Source: Podarcis bocagei (lineage: Eukaryota). From it: a stretch of 64,000 nt of DNA. Every line of letters begins with the position of its first letter. Position 1 is the first letter of the stretch. This document shows positions 11,614 to 24,509 of the stretch, piece after piece. The stretch is taken from assembly GCA_964188305.1 (NCBI GenBank), contig OZ076886.1, one strand, 5' to 3'. The notes beneath the pieces are model-generated. The model made no database searches, was not told the origin of the DNA, and saw nothing but the letters and a program-made list of their open reading frames with translations. The position numbers and the translations under genes were made by a program.

Positions 11614-11747
11614 CCGGAGTAGGAAACATAGTAACTTCCAGATGTTGTTGGATTCTAGCTTTAGCCCCAGCCAACATGGTCAGTGGTCAGGAATAATGGG
11701 AAATGTAGTCCGGTAATATCTGAAGGGTACCACATTGGTTTCTCCTG
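11614..11747. mobile_element. Old palindromic hAT/Charlie-like MITE
   Basis: CCAGATGTTGTTGGA...CCCCAGCCAACATGGTCAGTGGTCAGG...ATCTGAAGGG core shared with 21579-21716. TSD decayed. Confidence 0.65.
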
Positions 11748-12167
11748 TGTTATGACCATGGCAGGATTAAGACATTATCCATAGTAATTTCTAGCAGCCT
11801 TTGCATAGTGATTTATGTTCTGGTTAAAACAAAGGTTATAGGAACCGTGTGCTCTTTGTAAACATTGCTAAAGAGCAAAAAACCCAATCAATCAATAAGC
11901 AAGCAAGCAATAAAATCTAATTGTGAAACTGTTGACAGCTGGCAGCAGAAGAAAAAGCCAAGAAACACTTTTAAGAATCTGACAAATTCATAGCTTTCTC
12001 ACTGGCTATTTCTAGCTAAGACATCTAAATAGAGAAGAAGTATCGGCAGAAGCTAGTAGCCTCATGGAGGCATTACCAATGCAGGCTATATGACAATTAG
12101 GGATGTGTATCATGGTCTGGCCTGCTCATGTGAGCTTCCCAGAAGAACCTTAGTAGAATGGACTTTT

Positions 12168-13708
12168 TTTTCATTTTAATTTTTTATTAACTTTTCAAAT
12201 TTTACATTTCAAATTAAACATCTTCTATTCATACATTCATTGACTTTCCTCCCTCCCTTTCCAAGGTTCATTTAATATATCCATCTAATTCTATTTTCCT
12301 ATCTTACATCACTTCAACATATGTTATACTGTTAAATTTTACTTTAATACTGCCAGCATTTTCAACTGTACACAATTATTTTCAAAATATTCGACAAAAA
12401 AATTCCATTCCTCTTTAAATGCCTGTTCTTCTTGCTCTCTTACTCTGTTTGTTAGACCTGCCAAATCCAAATATTCTGTCATCTTCAGTTGCCAGTCTTC
12501 CTTACTAGGGACCTCACTCACTTTCAATTTTTGGGCTAGCAAAATCCGAGCTGCTGCTGTTGCATACATAATATTTTTTTCTGACCCTGGGAACCTCTGT
12601 TTTAACAATTCCTAACAGAAATGCCTCTGGTTTTGGGGGGCGAAAGTTGTTTTAAACATTATTTTTATCTCATTATATATCATTTCTCAATATTCTTTAA
12701 CTTTTCTGCATACCCACCACATATGGAAAAAGTTCCTTCCACCTCTTTACATTTCCAACACAAATCTGATTTCACATACATCTTAGCCAACCTGCTTGGA
12801 GTTAAATACCATCTGTGGATCATTTTCATATAATTCTCTTCCAGTGTGTAGCGTGCAGTGAATTTCAAATCATTTTTCCAGAATTTCTCCCAGAGGTCTA
12901 TCTCTATATTATGCCCTATGTCCATTGTCCAGTGGGTCATTGATGCTTTAACTTGCTCGTCCTTTGTTTCCCATTCCAATAAAGGTTTATACATTTTAGA
13001 CAATAATTTTTCCTTATTCGACAAAAGCTCTCTTTCAGATTGTAAGCTTTGGTCCAAAAAGCCATTTTTCTTATCCAATTTAAACATATCATGTATTTGA
13101 TGGTACTGAAGCCAGTCAGTAACTTGGCCCCTTCTTCCATTGCTTTCAATCTAGGTTCACTCCCTGAAAAGTCCAACAATTCTCTATAAGTCACCCACCA
13201 TCTGTTCATATTCATTCTTTTGTTTGTAATTGCTTCAGTTGGTGATAGTCATAAGGGTGTTTTCCTTCCAGCAAGTTTTTATACTTCTCCCAAACTCTAA
13301 ACAAATTTATCCTAATGGCATGGTTCATAAAACTTTATGTTACCATTAAGTAAAGAAATTTGTCTATAGTTCTTAGTCCCTGTTAAATCATAGTCTTGTT
13401 TTGGTATCAGGGTGATGTATGCATTTTTCTACACTGCAGGAACCTCTCCTGTCACCAGAATTCTGTTCATAGTGTCCTTGAGAGCTTCAATCAATGCATT
13501 TTGATTTTTTAAATAATAAATTGCAGTAAGTCCATCTGATGCTTTGCCTGTCTTCAATCGGTTTATTGCCAGCTGCAGTTCCGACATTGATATGGGTGCA
13601 GTTAGGTTCCTCAAATCCTCCTTTGCAACTTTGCATATATTACAGTTATTCAGATAAGATTCCATTTTCTCGGGTTCTTCCTTCTCAGGTCAATATAAAG
13701 CTGAATAT
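12168..13708 (-). mobile_element. L1-clade LINE, 5' truncated and internally deleted ORF2 pseudogene
   Basis: Minus-strand peptides LTAPISMSEL..AINRLKTGKA, AYITLIPK, NYRQISLLN and IHRWYLTPSRL..CWKC. A-rich tail at ~12164-12195. TSD AATGGACTTTT at 12157-12167 and 13709-13719. Confidence 0.9.
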
Positions 13709-14530
13709 AATGGACTTTTGGTCTGCCCCACCTGGGGAGATTTTCCAGTTTTTTGTGGCTTTGTTTCACTCTTGTGTGCTCTGCGGTGATTCCAACCCAG
13801 GGTTATATATCAGTCTAATTTCATGGAAACACTGATGCAGATAATGATCATAAGAAGGATCAGGCAAGTCCTAGACATGCATTCTGTTATTCCATAGTGG
13901 CCAGCTAGATGCCTCTGGAAAGTTCATGAAGATGATCACGGCAATAGCCTTCTCCCATTATTGTTCCCTGATGACTGGTATTCAGAGGCATGGCCTTATG
14001 TTTCCCCAAGGCCCTCTTGCCTCAACATTTGTTTACCATTAGCAATCTGATTAGAGATGGCTGTAAATGACCTTCAAGTCAAATACGCAACAGAGTGCTC
14101 CTGCTTCCAGTGTCCCAGCTATTGATTGGGATCATTGAGAATATTCATACTGCTATTAATAACAGAGTGCAGCTTTTGGGATTGATTTTCAACATTTTGC
14201 CTCACTTGTCTTGCCCTTAAGTCCATTTTGGAGCTGCCCTACTTCTGCAAGAAGCACAAGGCTTGGCACTGGTGTCTGTCCAGGAATGCATCCTAAAAGG
14301 AAAGCATGAATAATGAGTAGGAATAAGGCAGAAGTTTAAAAATGAGCTGATACTGAAAAAGGTTTAGTGTCCTGCAAGGGCATGTAGTGTGCCAGACACA
14401 GAGAGATAATGATCAATGGTCTGATTCTGAAAATCACCAAGTGGCCTTTGATGAGCAGGATGAGGAATTCACTGTCATTCTTGGGACCTTTCCACTGGTT
14501 CACATGATGAAGAGGCACAGCGTTCTTCTA

Positions 14531-14758
14531 CAGTGGTACCTCGGGTTAAGAACTTAATTCGTTCTGGAGGTCCATTCTTAACCTGAAACTGTTCTTATCC
14601 TGAAGCACCCTTTAGCTAATGGGGCCTACCGCTGCTGCCGCCGCTGCACCACTGCATGATTTCTGTTCTCATCCTGAAGCAAAGTTCTTAACCCGAGGTA
14701 CTATTTCTGGGTTAGCAGAGTCTGTAACCTGAAGCGTCTGTAACCCGAGGTACCACTG
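14531..14758 (+). mobile_element. pogo/Tigger-like MITE, subfamily B
   Basis: TA flanks and perfect 18-bp TIR CAGTGGTACCTCGGGTTA. Strand is an arbitrary reference orientation. Confidence 0.92.
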
Positions 14759-15318
14759 TAGTTTATAGAAAGTTTCAGGCATCACCAGTGAGGACTTTGT
14801 GAAGATGGCTAGTGTGGTGGAGCTGGCAGCATTCTGTCTCATCCCAAATAAGTGTTCCCATCACAAAGGTTTGTTTTGAGTGTGCAGTCTCCCCCAGCCC
14901 AAATGTTAAAAATATTGATGCAATGAATTTTAAAACCTCCAATATTCCAAGGCTTGCATTTCCTTGTGATTTTTCTTTCTTTTCATGGGACCGTGTAGTT
15001 TTTGTCTCTTAATTGCCAAAGGCAGCAGTGGTCTGTAGAGCTGGTCTGAAAGCTTTTCCTTAGTAATATGGGAAAGGCTTTTAGTCTTGGAAACAGAAGC
15101 ACTGGGTTCTGCATTCTGTACAGATTTGGTTCACAGATGGAATAGCAGAGCAACAGGTTGCCACCCATCTATTCCAGACAGCGTGGCAAAACATGTCGTA
15201 TGATTGGCAGATATTTGTCTTTTGTTCTGTTATTGGCAGAAGGCATTTTATTGGGGAACTTATCTGCAATAGCTGTGAGGTTTTCTTTAACCAAAATTGT
15301 GTGCCTTGTCCTGACATA

Positions 15319-15485
15319 CCGTATTTTTCTGTCTATAAGACACCCCCATGTATAAGATGCCCCCAATTTGGGGGGACTCTGATTTAAAAATGGAGGGGAG
15401 ATTTATTCGTTTATAAGATGCCCCCAAATTTTGGACATTATTTTTTTTAGGTAGGAAACCTAGACTTATACATGGAAAAATACGG
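15319..15485. mobile_element. Tc2/pogo-like MITE (CCGTATTTTTC TIR)
   Basis: TA flanks. TIRs CCGTATTTTTCTGTCTATAAGAC / CCGTATTTTTCCATGTATAAGTC. Internal TATAAGATGCCCCC repeats. Confidence 0.85.
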
Positions 15486-16849
15486 TAATAGGTCTTAGCC
15501 TATTAAAAAGTGTGCAATGTAACTGTTTACAGAATAGAACAGATGATAGGCAAAGTTAACTATTGTGAGTCTACTAACTGCGCCACTTATTTCTCTGCTT
15601 TTATTATTATTATTATAATAAAATGTGAAACAGGCATATTTAATGCATTGCCTTAGTTTGGGGAAGTGACTTGAAATATGTGGATGAAAATTGGTATGTA
15701 AGTGCTCTTAACAGTTTCTTCTCAGTGTTAAGCATTTATGGCAATTTTAAACAATGTCTGTGATGACAAGTGGATCAAATACAAAAGATGATTAAATAAT
15801 CAAAGCAAACCAGAGAGAAACCATGGGTCAAGGTGAGGAACCAGCCCAGAAAAGGCAGACGTGCACCATTCTGTATGACAGTCACTCTAGCAGATATATA
15901 TATGCTCAGAAATTATTCTCAAAACAACCACTGGTATTTGGGAGATGGGATGTAATAGAGTTTGGCGTATTCTTTGTTCTGTCATCTAATTAAATGCAGT
16001 CACTGACAGCCACACATTAGCACCAGACAATGAGGGTGCTAAATATAGAGACAAAATGTCAGCGTCATCTTCTGACTGTGGACTATGTGAACATCCCCCC
16101 CCCCCCCGGAACTGAACTAACCCATACTCGAGAATTTATTATTTTGAGCTGGAAGTGTATGTGATATATTTCGCTTGGTAGACTTTTCATTCCTGCAGCT
16201 CCCCTGGCTTAGTTGGACATTCCCTTCTCTTCTCATGGTTTTCTGGACACAGTATATCTAGGTATCTGAAGCACCAGGAGCTCCTTCTCAGGACACCATC
16301 TTTGCTTTCTGGTACCTCTCTGGCTCCCTTTGAAGACATGCACTGTGGCAGAAGTATTGCTGGAGTCATTTCCTAGGGTACATTTACTTGTAAGCAAGCA
16401 AGCAAGTCTCCTAGTAGAAGGAATTATTGGAAGCCTCAATTTAAGAGAAAAGGACCTCTAGCAGTTCTCCCATAAACTATTGTGCAAGTCTATAGTTTCT
16501 TCAGAATTACTGAATCTGACTTGATACTTCTCTGCTGTAGCTCATGCCTCTGCCCTTCCCATCAAAGCTGTCTAGCTATCATGAGACAGCTTGATTGCAG
16601 CTTTGGGAGGTAGAATTCATTAGGATTGCAAGGGGTACCCTTGTCCAGTGCATCTGTGAATTTTTGGATCCCAGTTTTACACCGCAGTGGGCTGTTGTGG
16701 AGGAGACCATGTCAAGCAAACCCCTGTTGCAATAATGTAATCCTCAGCTCAGCTGTAGGTTAAGCTGCCTGTGGTTTTTCCAAGTACTGAGTTTTGGAAA
16801 GCAAAGAGATGGCCTTTAAATATAAGCATAATAAGTAGAGTGCATGAAT

Positions 16850-16854
16850 CTTTT

Positions 16855-16905
<51 letters not shown>
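16850..16905. repeat. (TTTC)n microsatellite
   Basis: Direct reading. Confidence 0.95.
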
Positions 16906-17559
16906 GACTGCAGGGTTCGGATTACTTGCTTAAAGGGGTCTTCCTTGCAACTTGGGAGTTTCTTTTGAGGGGTGGGCAGGGGGGGAGGTGGAGTTTGCAT
17001 GAAACAATCAAATCCATGTGTGTTTGGAGAGTTTGCATGCTTACAATAACAAATGCCAAAATAAAAGCTTTGCAGGAGGCTTTAATGTGGGGAGAAATGT
17101 GAGGGGGAAGGAGCCCACAGCATGAAATAGAGTTGCATATTGTATCAGGCAAAGAGCCCAGATGATAAATTTCCCACAATTAACACTTGGGAATAGCTTG
17201 ATTTTTATAGGGAAAACATATTGTTCATACCAATCTGGTTTCTTTACAGATGCCCTGGTAGTATTTTTCCAACAGTGCTGTTCAGAGGTGTACTTGTCTG
17301 TGGCAATTTGGTTGCCAAGTGGGTTAAATGTCACTAATAGCCTCCGGTCAGGTCTTACTTAGTTAAGAAATTGCACATTTCCCTCCCTCCTCTCCTGTCA
17401 CAGTGGAGATTCCAGGTCAGAGTCATCCTCATTAAAGAACCTGGAGCCCAACTAAAGACAAATTCGATACACTGCTCCAGAAGGAACTAGTGGAAGAGCA
17501 GTAGACTGAGTCTATTGATGGGGTGGGGAGGCATGTATCATATTCAGAAGACTTTGAGT

Positions 17560-17561
<2 letters not shown>

Positions 17562-17606
<45 letters not shown>

Positions 17607-17672
17607 TATTTATTATTTATACCCCGCCCATCTGGCTGGGTTTCCTCAGCCACTCTGGGTGGCTTCCAACAA
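17562..17672 (-). mobile_element. L2-clade LINE 3' end with (TTA)n tail
   Basis: Near-identical to 720-800. Confidence 0.75.
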
Positions 17673-17713
17673 AATATGTCATGGAAACTGAAAGATGGAA
17701 CGATGCCATTAAA

Positions 17714-18570
17714 GGATTATTATTTTCTAGATTCATTTCAATCGGGGTTTAGGCCTGGTTTTGGCACAGAAACTTATTTGGTTGCCCTGTATTATGACCT
17801 CTGTCAGAAGAGAGACCAGGGAAATGTGTCCCTGTTAATTCTCCACAACCTCTCTGCAGTTTTCAATACCAACAACTGTGGTATCCTTCTGGTGTGGCTG
17901 TGTCAGGGGGTGGTGCTTTGTGATCGTCCTACTTGGCTGTTTGTTTCCAGAGGGAGATGCCTGGGGAGGGCTCTTCGGCCCCATGGAGCCTTCAATGTGG
18001 ATTTCCTCAGGTTTCAGTTTTATCCCCCATGCTGTTTAACATCTACATGAAACCACTGAGTGTGGTTATTCAGAGTTCTGGAGTACCTTGTCAGCAATAT
18101 GCTACTGACACACAGCTCTACTTCTCCTTTACATCTGCAGGGGTGGCAGTGAATGTGCTGGGCCATTGTCTTGCCTTGGTAATGGACTGGATGAGAGCCA
18201 ATAAACTGAAGCTCAGTTCAGATAAGACTGACTCACTGTTAGTGGGCAGTTCCCTAGACTGGATGGATGGGAGGTTGCCTGCTCTTGACGGGGTTATACT
18301 CTCTCTGAAGGAGTGGGTACATAATTTGGGGATACTTCTGCATCCTTTGCTGTTGCTTGAGGCTCAGGTGACCTCGGTGGCATGGAGTGGCCTTTTCTGC
18401 GGTGGCTGCCCATTTGTGGAATTCTCTCCCCAGGGAGACTCGCCTGGCACTTTTCATTGCATATCTTTGGGTTCTTGGTAAAAATGTTTCTCTGTAACCA
18501 GGCCTTTGGCTGATTAACATTCTATGGCCTGTTAAATGTGTTTGTGGGGGGGGGTGTTAATGGTTTTTTA
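17714..18570 (+). mobile_element. L2-clade LINE reverse-transcriptase fragment (decayed) plus 3' remnant
   Basis: FLDSFQSGFRPGFGTET..VAL, LLILHNLSAVFNT, GFPQVSVLSPMLFNIYM, QYATDTQLY (YADD degenerated) and WMRANKLKLSSDKT. Frameshifted. Confidence 0.9.
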
Positions 18571-21500
18571 AAATGTGTGAATGCACGTGCACTGTCTGGG
18601 GTTTTCCAACCTTGCAAATAGCCATTCATCTGTGATGTGTTGTTTTCAGGCAGGTTAGAATTGCCCTCAGAAATATTTGGGCCCCAGCCACTTTTACAGA
18701 CTAGGGAAAGTGTTGTGAGCACCACATGCATGCCACAACTCCCCCCCCCCCCGCTACAATTAGACTTGGAAAAAGTCTGTTGATACCACATTAGAGACTC
18801 ATGGGTTAAGACCTACTATTGACTCTGAGGAATGTGGTTGTCCTAAGGAAGGCCAACTGAGTGAATGAGAGTTGTAATACAGATTGATGTAGCTCTGGAA
18901 GAACCTCCAAAACCATCAATAAGAGGGTAGTTTGCTTTTACTGGCTTTGCATCAGTGCTCTAAACTGCATGAACTGCTTTTCCACTGGCACTGCAGATAG
19001 CATAAGCAACAACTAAATAATGAGGGAATTGTGATTTGCAGAATTGGATTTTGCAATAAGCAATAAAAGAAGACTGCAGTTTGGTCAGGTTTGAATAATA
19101 GTCCTTAGGCTCCGGGATTTCGGTGAGCGTGAGTCAGCGGATGGTGCTCCTCTTGGCCTTCCCTTTAGCTTTTGTCTTTTGGCGTTCTTGACAGTAAGGA
19201 GGCTCCTTCCTCGTCTCTCCCTTTTCCTGGAAAGGGGAAGGAAAAAACCCAGCTCACAGCCTTCGGAACACAACCCTGTGTTTTAAACGTGGTCTGCATT
19301 TTTGAGGTTGATCTCTGGAGTTGTTTTTCCCTTCCAGTCATAGGGCTTATGGTGCCTAAGAGGCTGGAAGAAAAAGCAAACATTTGCGCAAAGCTCCAGA
19401 ACGCAGTTGGAATGCATCTAGTGACCTTTTAAGGCTTGAAAGGTGACTCACCTGAATTTCTGGGGGGCAAGTCTTACTTGTCTAAAAGCAACTCCTACTC
19501 CTCCTACTCACAGGTGAATGACGACTCAAGTCTGTTACCAAGAAGAGATGCCAAATTGTACTAGAGGGCATCTGATGCTGTTCGTATGTTTAAGGAAATG
19601 ATACCTGAGATTTACTGTTGCTCTGAATGCTTACTATAAATCCCATGGTTATGGGACTATCAGAAAAAGAGATCACATGGTTTGCAGCTGTTGCTTCCCA
19701 TGAGGAGAAATACTTCCTTAATTCAAAGTCCCAGAGAAGTACATGGGATATCTCCTAAGTAATGGCATGAGGGTTGAAGCTGCCTAAAATTATTTATAAA
19801 TATTATCAGATTGCCACTACCATTACCTTCAATCTGAATATTAAATCCATCTACTCAGTGCTATTTTTATAGAAAAAAAGAGGAGCTAGAATGCCTAATT
19901 ATTACTATTTATTGTTATTATTATTATATAGACTAGCAGTTCATCATGTCTGGCCCAAGAGATGTTGCCACCCCCAAAACAGACCCTTCCTCAGCATTAG
20001 AGGGTTCAGGCAAAGAGAGGGAAGCAGGCCTCCCTTTGCACCTCTTCCCTTCCAACATATGGAGAGTAGCAGTGCCAGGTGACAGGGATACAACAGGAGG
20101 GCTGGAGCCAGCCAGCATGGTACCCTGTTCTCACCTTGTGTGATTACAAAGAAGGGCTTTAACTTCTGAATAGGGCTACTGAAATCTCTGTGAAATGAAT
20201 CCCCATGTTAAAGGCATGGCTTTGAGCAGACTTGTTCTCCTTGAGGTATCATACTGAGGAAACATGCTGCATTCTGAAGCAAGCCTGGAGGTTAAGGTTT
20301 TTGAACTGGAAAGGAAAAAGTGTTTCTCCTAAATTAATAACACTAACCACAATTTCCTCAATGGCATGGAGGGCATGATGATTGCATAGGTTGGCTCCAG
20401 GCCTTTCTGGCCAAGTTAAGTGTATCTGCATGAGCTCACTTCAGTTTTTAAGGCCAAGGCAACTCCTTAAACAAGATTCTGGGTTGTTTCCAACTAGGGT
20501 AATTACTCTTTCTTTTCACTTATTGCTGTTGATGTGCTGAGGTCTCCTCCTGGAAGGTACTGAAAACGTTCCCTGTTAGTAAGGAGGCTGTTTAGATGCT
20601 ATCTGTCCTTCGGGTGGGAGTTGCTTTTCTGCATTCTCCTACTAAGGACAGTTGCGCAGAACTGGACATCCAACTTTCCGTTCTGCCAGTTCTTCTGCCT
20701 GAGGTTACAGGAACTAAATAACACCCTAATTGCCTCCATTACATGTTAATGGTGCTTGGATTTGCAGCCCAGGGTTCCTTGCCACAAACCTGCTTTTGAC
20801 AAACAAGCATAAAATCCAGATTCTGAGCATTCAAGTAAAACTTAACATCCCAACTTTTCTCTGATCATCCTTCTAGTATGTGGCTTTTGGTCACGCTCCT
20901 TTCCTTGAGTCAGAGTATCACCAAGCCAGATCAATGATATTTTTCTAAATAAATAAAAAAAGGAAAAAACAAAGAAGCCTGTATTTCAAAGTGGAAATTA
21001 CTCCCCCCCCCCCACACACACTTCTTGTATTTTATGGCTATCTGCTTTCATTAATTTTTCAGTTGTGGTTTATTTTGGAGAAATCCCTCCACCAAAATTG
21101 TCACATGAGGGCTTGACTACTATGAAAATAAAGCAGTCTCTCTTCTATTTTCAAAAAAGAGTCTGAAAATCCCTGCCATAATCTAGATGGTTCTACAGTA
21201 TACTGAATTTATTCTGGATGTGTCAGTGCAAGCTTATTTTGCTCAGTATAATGATGATAAAAGCAAACAACATTTAATCCCTGCCTTCTAAGGAATGTGA
21301 TTACTAGATTTAACTGTTATAAGCAGCTGTATGTGAGAAATAGGATTGGGCTAAGTGGAGTGCGTTATAACTTGCTCTCTGTGCAAACTCTGGTTATTGT
21401 TATTTCATTAAGTTTATTCACTGAATGAGGCAGATTGCCAATTACCTTTGCAATAGTGAACTGAAATACAAAACATCTGAAGGTACGGTATCATTCTGTA

Positions 21501-21578
21501 CATGCCTACTCAAGAGTTCAGTAGGACTTACTCCCAAGCAAATGTGCATTGGGCTGCAGCCTGAACATTCCTCTAGAG

Positions 21579-21716
21579 CAGCCTTTCCCAAGCTGGTGAC
21601 CTCCATTTGTTGTGGAACTCAAGTTCCCATCAGCCCCAGCCAGCATGGCCAATGATCAGAGATGATGGGAACTGTAATCCCACAACATCTGGAGACCACC
21701 ACATTGGGGAAGGCTC
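21579..21716. mobile_element. Palindromic hAT/Charlie-like MITE
   Basis: 8-bp TSD CTCTAGAG / CTCTAGAA. Termini CAGCCTTTCCCAA ... TTGGGGAAGGCT(C). Long internal inverted arms. Confidence 0.88.
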
Positions 21717-22562
21717 CTCTAGAATATGGTACTGCTGCAAAATTTAACAAAAATAGAGAAAAGCCCAGTTTGTTAGGTGTGTAATTGTATGCAAGCAGAT
21801 GTAACAGTTGTGCCGAGTGAGATATAGCCGTATATCAAATGTTAGAACCTGCTGGTAATGTTAAAACACAAACAGAAGTGGCGTTAGAATCTAGTTCTCC
21901 TGGTTTCACCAAGAGAAAAATGAAAGTTCTCTTTTAAAGTGCAAGTTTTTATGCCACTGTTGGGAACGATTTAATGTCTTTGTCCAGCCTGCTGTCCATT
22001 CTGATCCATCTTGTAGGATCCTTCAAACAAGAGTGGTGTGGTGCTTCCCCTTATAGGGTGAGCTCTGGTCCCCAGACCACCACCTTAATTCCTCCAGTGA
22101 AACACATGCAACCTCTAGACCCTCTGCTGTCTCTCCCATCCTCCAGGAGTCCTGAGTCCTATATGTTACTTTTGTTTTTCAAGCACGTGTCATGTACGTA
22201 TATATGCTTCAGATGCCTTTTTAAAACTTCAAAACTGCTTTGATAATTGAGGGGGGCTCAAGGTCTAGCCAAGCTGTGCAGCATTAGGCTGGCTTCCACT
22301 GAAAAGCCAAAGAACAGGTTCTCCTCCATCCTGAGAGTGAAGGTTGCACGCCTGCCTAGAATGTGGCGAGGGTGGTTCTGCAGCATATACACCACCCAAA
22401 TTATGAACATCTGACTGTGCATGGTTTCTGTTGGGAAAGGAGATCCAAATTGCATTTGGCATTACATGTCTCTTTCATCAAAGCAAAGTCTTGCTGCAGC
22501 ATAAAGATCCTTGCCATTTTCCTCCCACACTAAAGGGAGGTTTTATAGAGGTGACCTATCTC

Positions 22563-22693
22563 CATGGGCGTAGCCAGGATTTTTGTTGTGGGGGGCAGAA
22601 GCAACATGATTGGTCAGTTAGTTAAGTATTTCTGTTGTTTTACTTGATCTAGAGGGGCAGCTGCCCCCTTGCTACCCCTTGACTATGCCCATG
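22563..22693. mobile_element. hAT MITE
   Basis: Perfect 8-bp TSD CCTATCTC (22555-22562 and 22694-22701). TIRs CATGGGCGTAGCCAGG / CATGGGCATAGTCAAG. Confidence 0.9.
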
Positions 22694-22935
22694 CCTATCT
22701 CGATGGTGAGATCTGGATCCAAGAGGATCTCTGTCTAGAAAGGGCTGCCCATTTTGCTATTACTGAGGAACTCAATATGAGCTTGCAAGTTTTATTCTAT
22801 AATAAGGATTCCATGATCCTCTTGGTTCTTGTCACAGACTCATTGAAAAACCATCTGTTCATAATAAAAAATAATTTTAAAAATCAGTTACAAATCCTTC
22901 TAGATATCTATTTAGTGTAGGGTTAGCCAAAAGAG

Positions 22936-22967
22936 GGGCAGGGGTACCTTTACCTTTACCTTTTACC
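22936..22967 (+). mobile_element. Extremely 5'-truncated Sauria SINE (tail only)
   Basis: GGGGTACCTTTACCTTTACCTTTTACC between 12-bp direct repeats TAGCCAAAAGAG. Confidence 0.75.
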
Positions 22968-22982
22968 TAGCCAAAAGAGACA

Positions 22983-23048
22983 CAGGGGGTTGGACTCGAT
23001 GGCCCTTGTGGTCTCTTCCAACTCTATGATTCTATGATTCTATGATTC
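22983..23048 (+). mobile_element. CR1 LINE 3' terminus
   Basis: GGGGTTGGACTCGATGGCCCTTGTGGTCTCTTCCAACTC followed by the (TATGATTC)n octamer tail. Confidence 0.85.
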
Positions 23049-24249
23049 ACTACTAGTAAGCCAAAGTAAAAGAACAGAGATGGATAGTCCTAAAACAAGG
23101 TGCTAGATTTCAGACTCATTTCTCTGAACTGGCTTGTTTTGTTATGCAATTTTGAGCACAATTACAATCAAACCCACCCATGATTATAAAAGAGTTTTTG
23201 CTCAATCTCAGCTATATAAAGAACAATGAATCTGGCCCCTGTGATTAACAGCCTTTGCTTGGGAGTGACTAAGATAATCACTTAGGAAAAATACAAGGGC
23301 TAGCCCAAGTTTTCAAGGTTGTTCATAATACTCATGCACACAGATGAGTCAGGGCAACTGTCACAATCAACTAAAAGAAAAAAAGAGAGGTGTCTCTCTG
23401 GCTTACGTTAGCAGCCCCATGATGGGTTTCAGATCCCTGCCTTTTGGAGAAGTGATGAGGAGTTTGGTACAGTGAATCAAGTCTTTGGATCAAGTCCTTA
23501 AAGAGGCATGTAAACTGATGCCGAGAAGCAAGCTGCTCTCTGCTAGCTGGCAAGCTCATGGCTGAGATGGGGGTTTAGTCGAGGTCCAGGGCCAAATATA
23601 CATTTTGCAAATGAAAAGGAAGTATAATTTGGTGGGGTTTTTGGTTTTTTTAATGCCACTGCTCGACCAGATGTTGTGGGTGACAGGGTTTCCATATGAT
23701 TTCATGTGTACTGCAGTAAGGAATAGGAAGATTTTGGAAGCGCCCAAGTATAGGGGACATAGCTCAGTGATAAAGAAAGCCTTGAAATGATCTTCCCTGA
23801 CTGGGATGTTTTATTTCTCCTGCTAGTCAGTGCAGCAATGATATGATTCAGTATATGGCAGTTTCATATGAGAAAGGAAGACACACTGCCACCTCCTAGA
23901 TGAATCACAGGACAAAACACCTTTGCTCTTTCAAATCATCATCTTCCTAGAAGTATTAAATATATTTTCATGACTTCATAGTGTTAGCCATACATGGGAT
24001 GGGATGGGGAAGGCTATAAATCAACTAAGAGAGTAATGTTATACGTACTCACAAGAATGTAACCGGTGTTGCAAGCAAGGAGTTTGCTGTTGCACTCAAG
24101 TCTTGCTTGTGGTGGAGGCATCTGAGACCAGGATGCTGGGCTAGATGCGTCATGGGCCTGATCCAGTAGGCTCTTCTTGTGTGCTAATGGTCAAGCAACC
24201 GGCTTCCTCACTGCCTTGCAGGTGGGTGGGGAGGCTGTGAGTATGTATT

Positions 24250-24507
24250 ACATACCTTTCCCCTCCTCTCCAGCCTCTGAATTAGGACTGCTCTCTGCCC
24301 CAGCCTCTTCCTGTTCACTAAACCTTGTTGCCTCTTTGGTTCTGACACTCCCTTCCTCCAGTGTGCTCCCTCTTCTTCCTCTGACCTCTCCTTGGTGTCC
24401 TACCACCAATCCCCTGGCTCTGAACCTTCTTCCCCTAGGGGTTCCCTTGGGGGTTACCCAGCTGGTGCCTCCCACCACTCCTCTACAACCAGCCAGTCCT
24501 TGTGACA
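24250..24507 (-). mobile_element. Possible truncated LTR-like repeat
   Basis: Minus strand begins TGTCACA and is strongly purine-rich. No second terminus or TSD found. Confidence 0.35.
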
Positions 24508-24509
24508 GT

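Noticed and set aside
17523-18481. 175-aa and 182-aa ORFs as host genes
   Set aside because: They are a frameshifted L2 reverse-transcriptase remnant plus an (AAT)n poly-Asn artefact.
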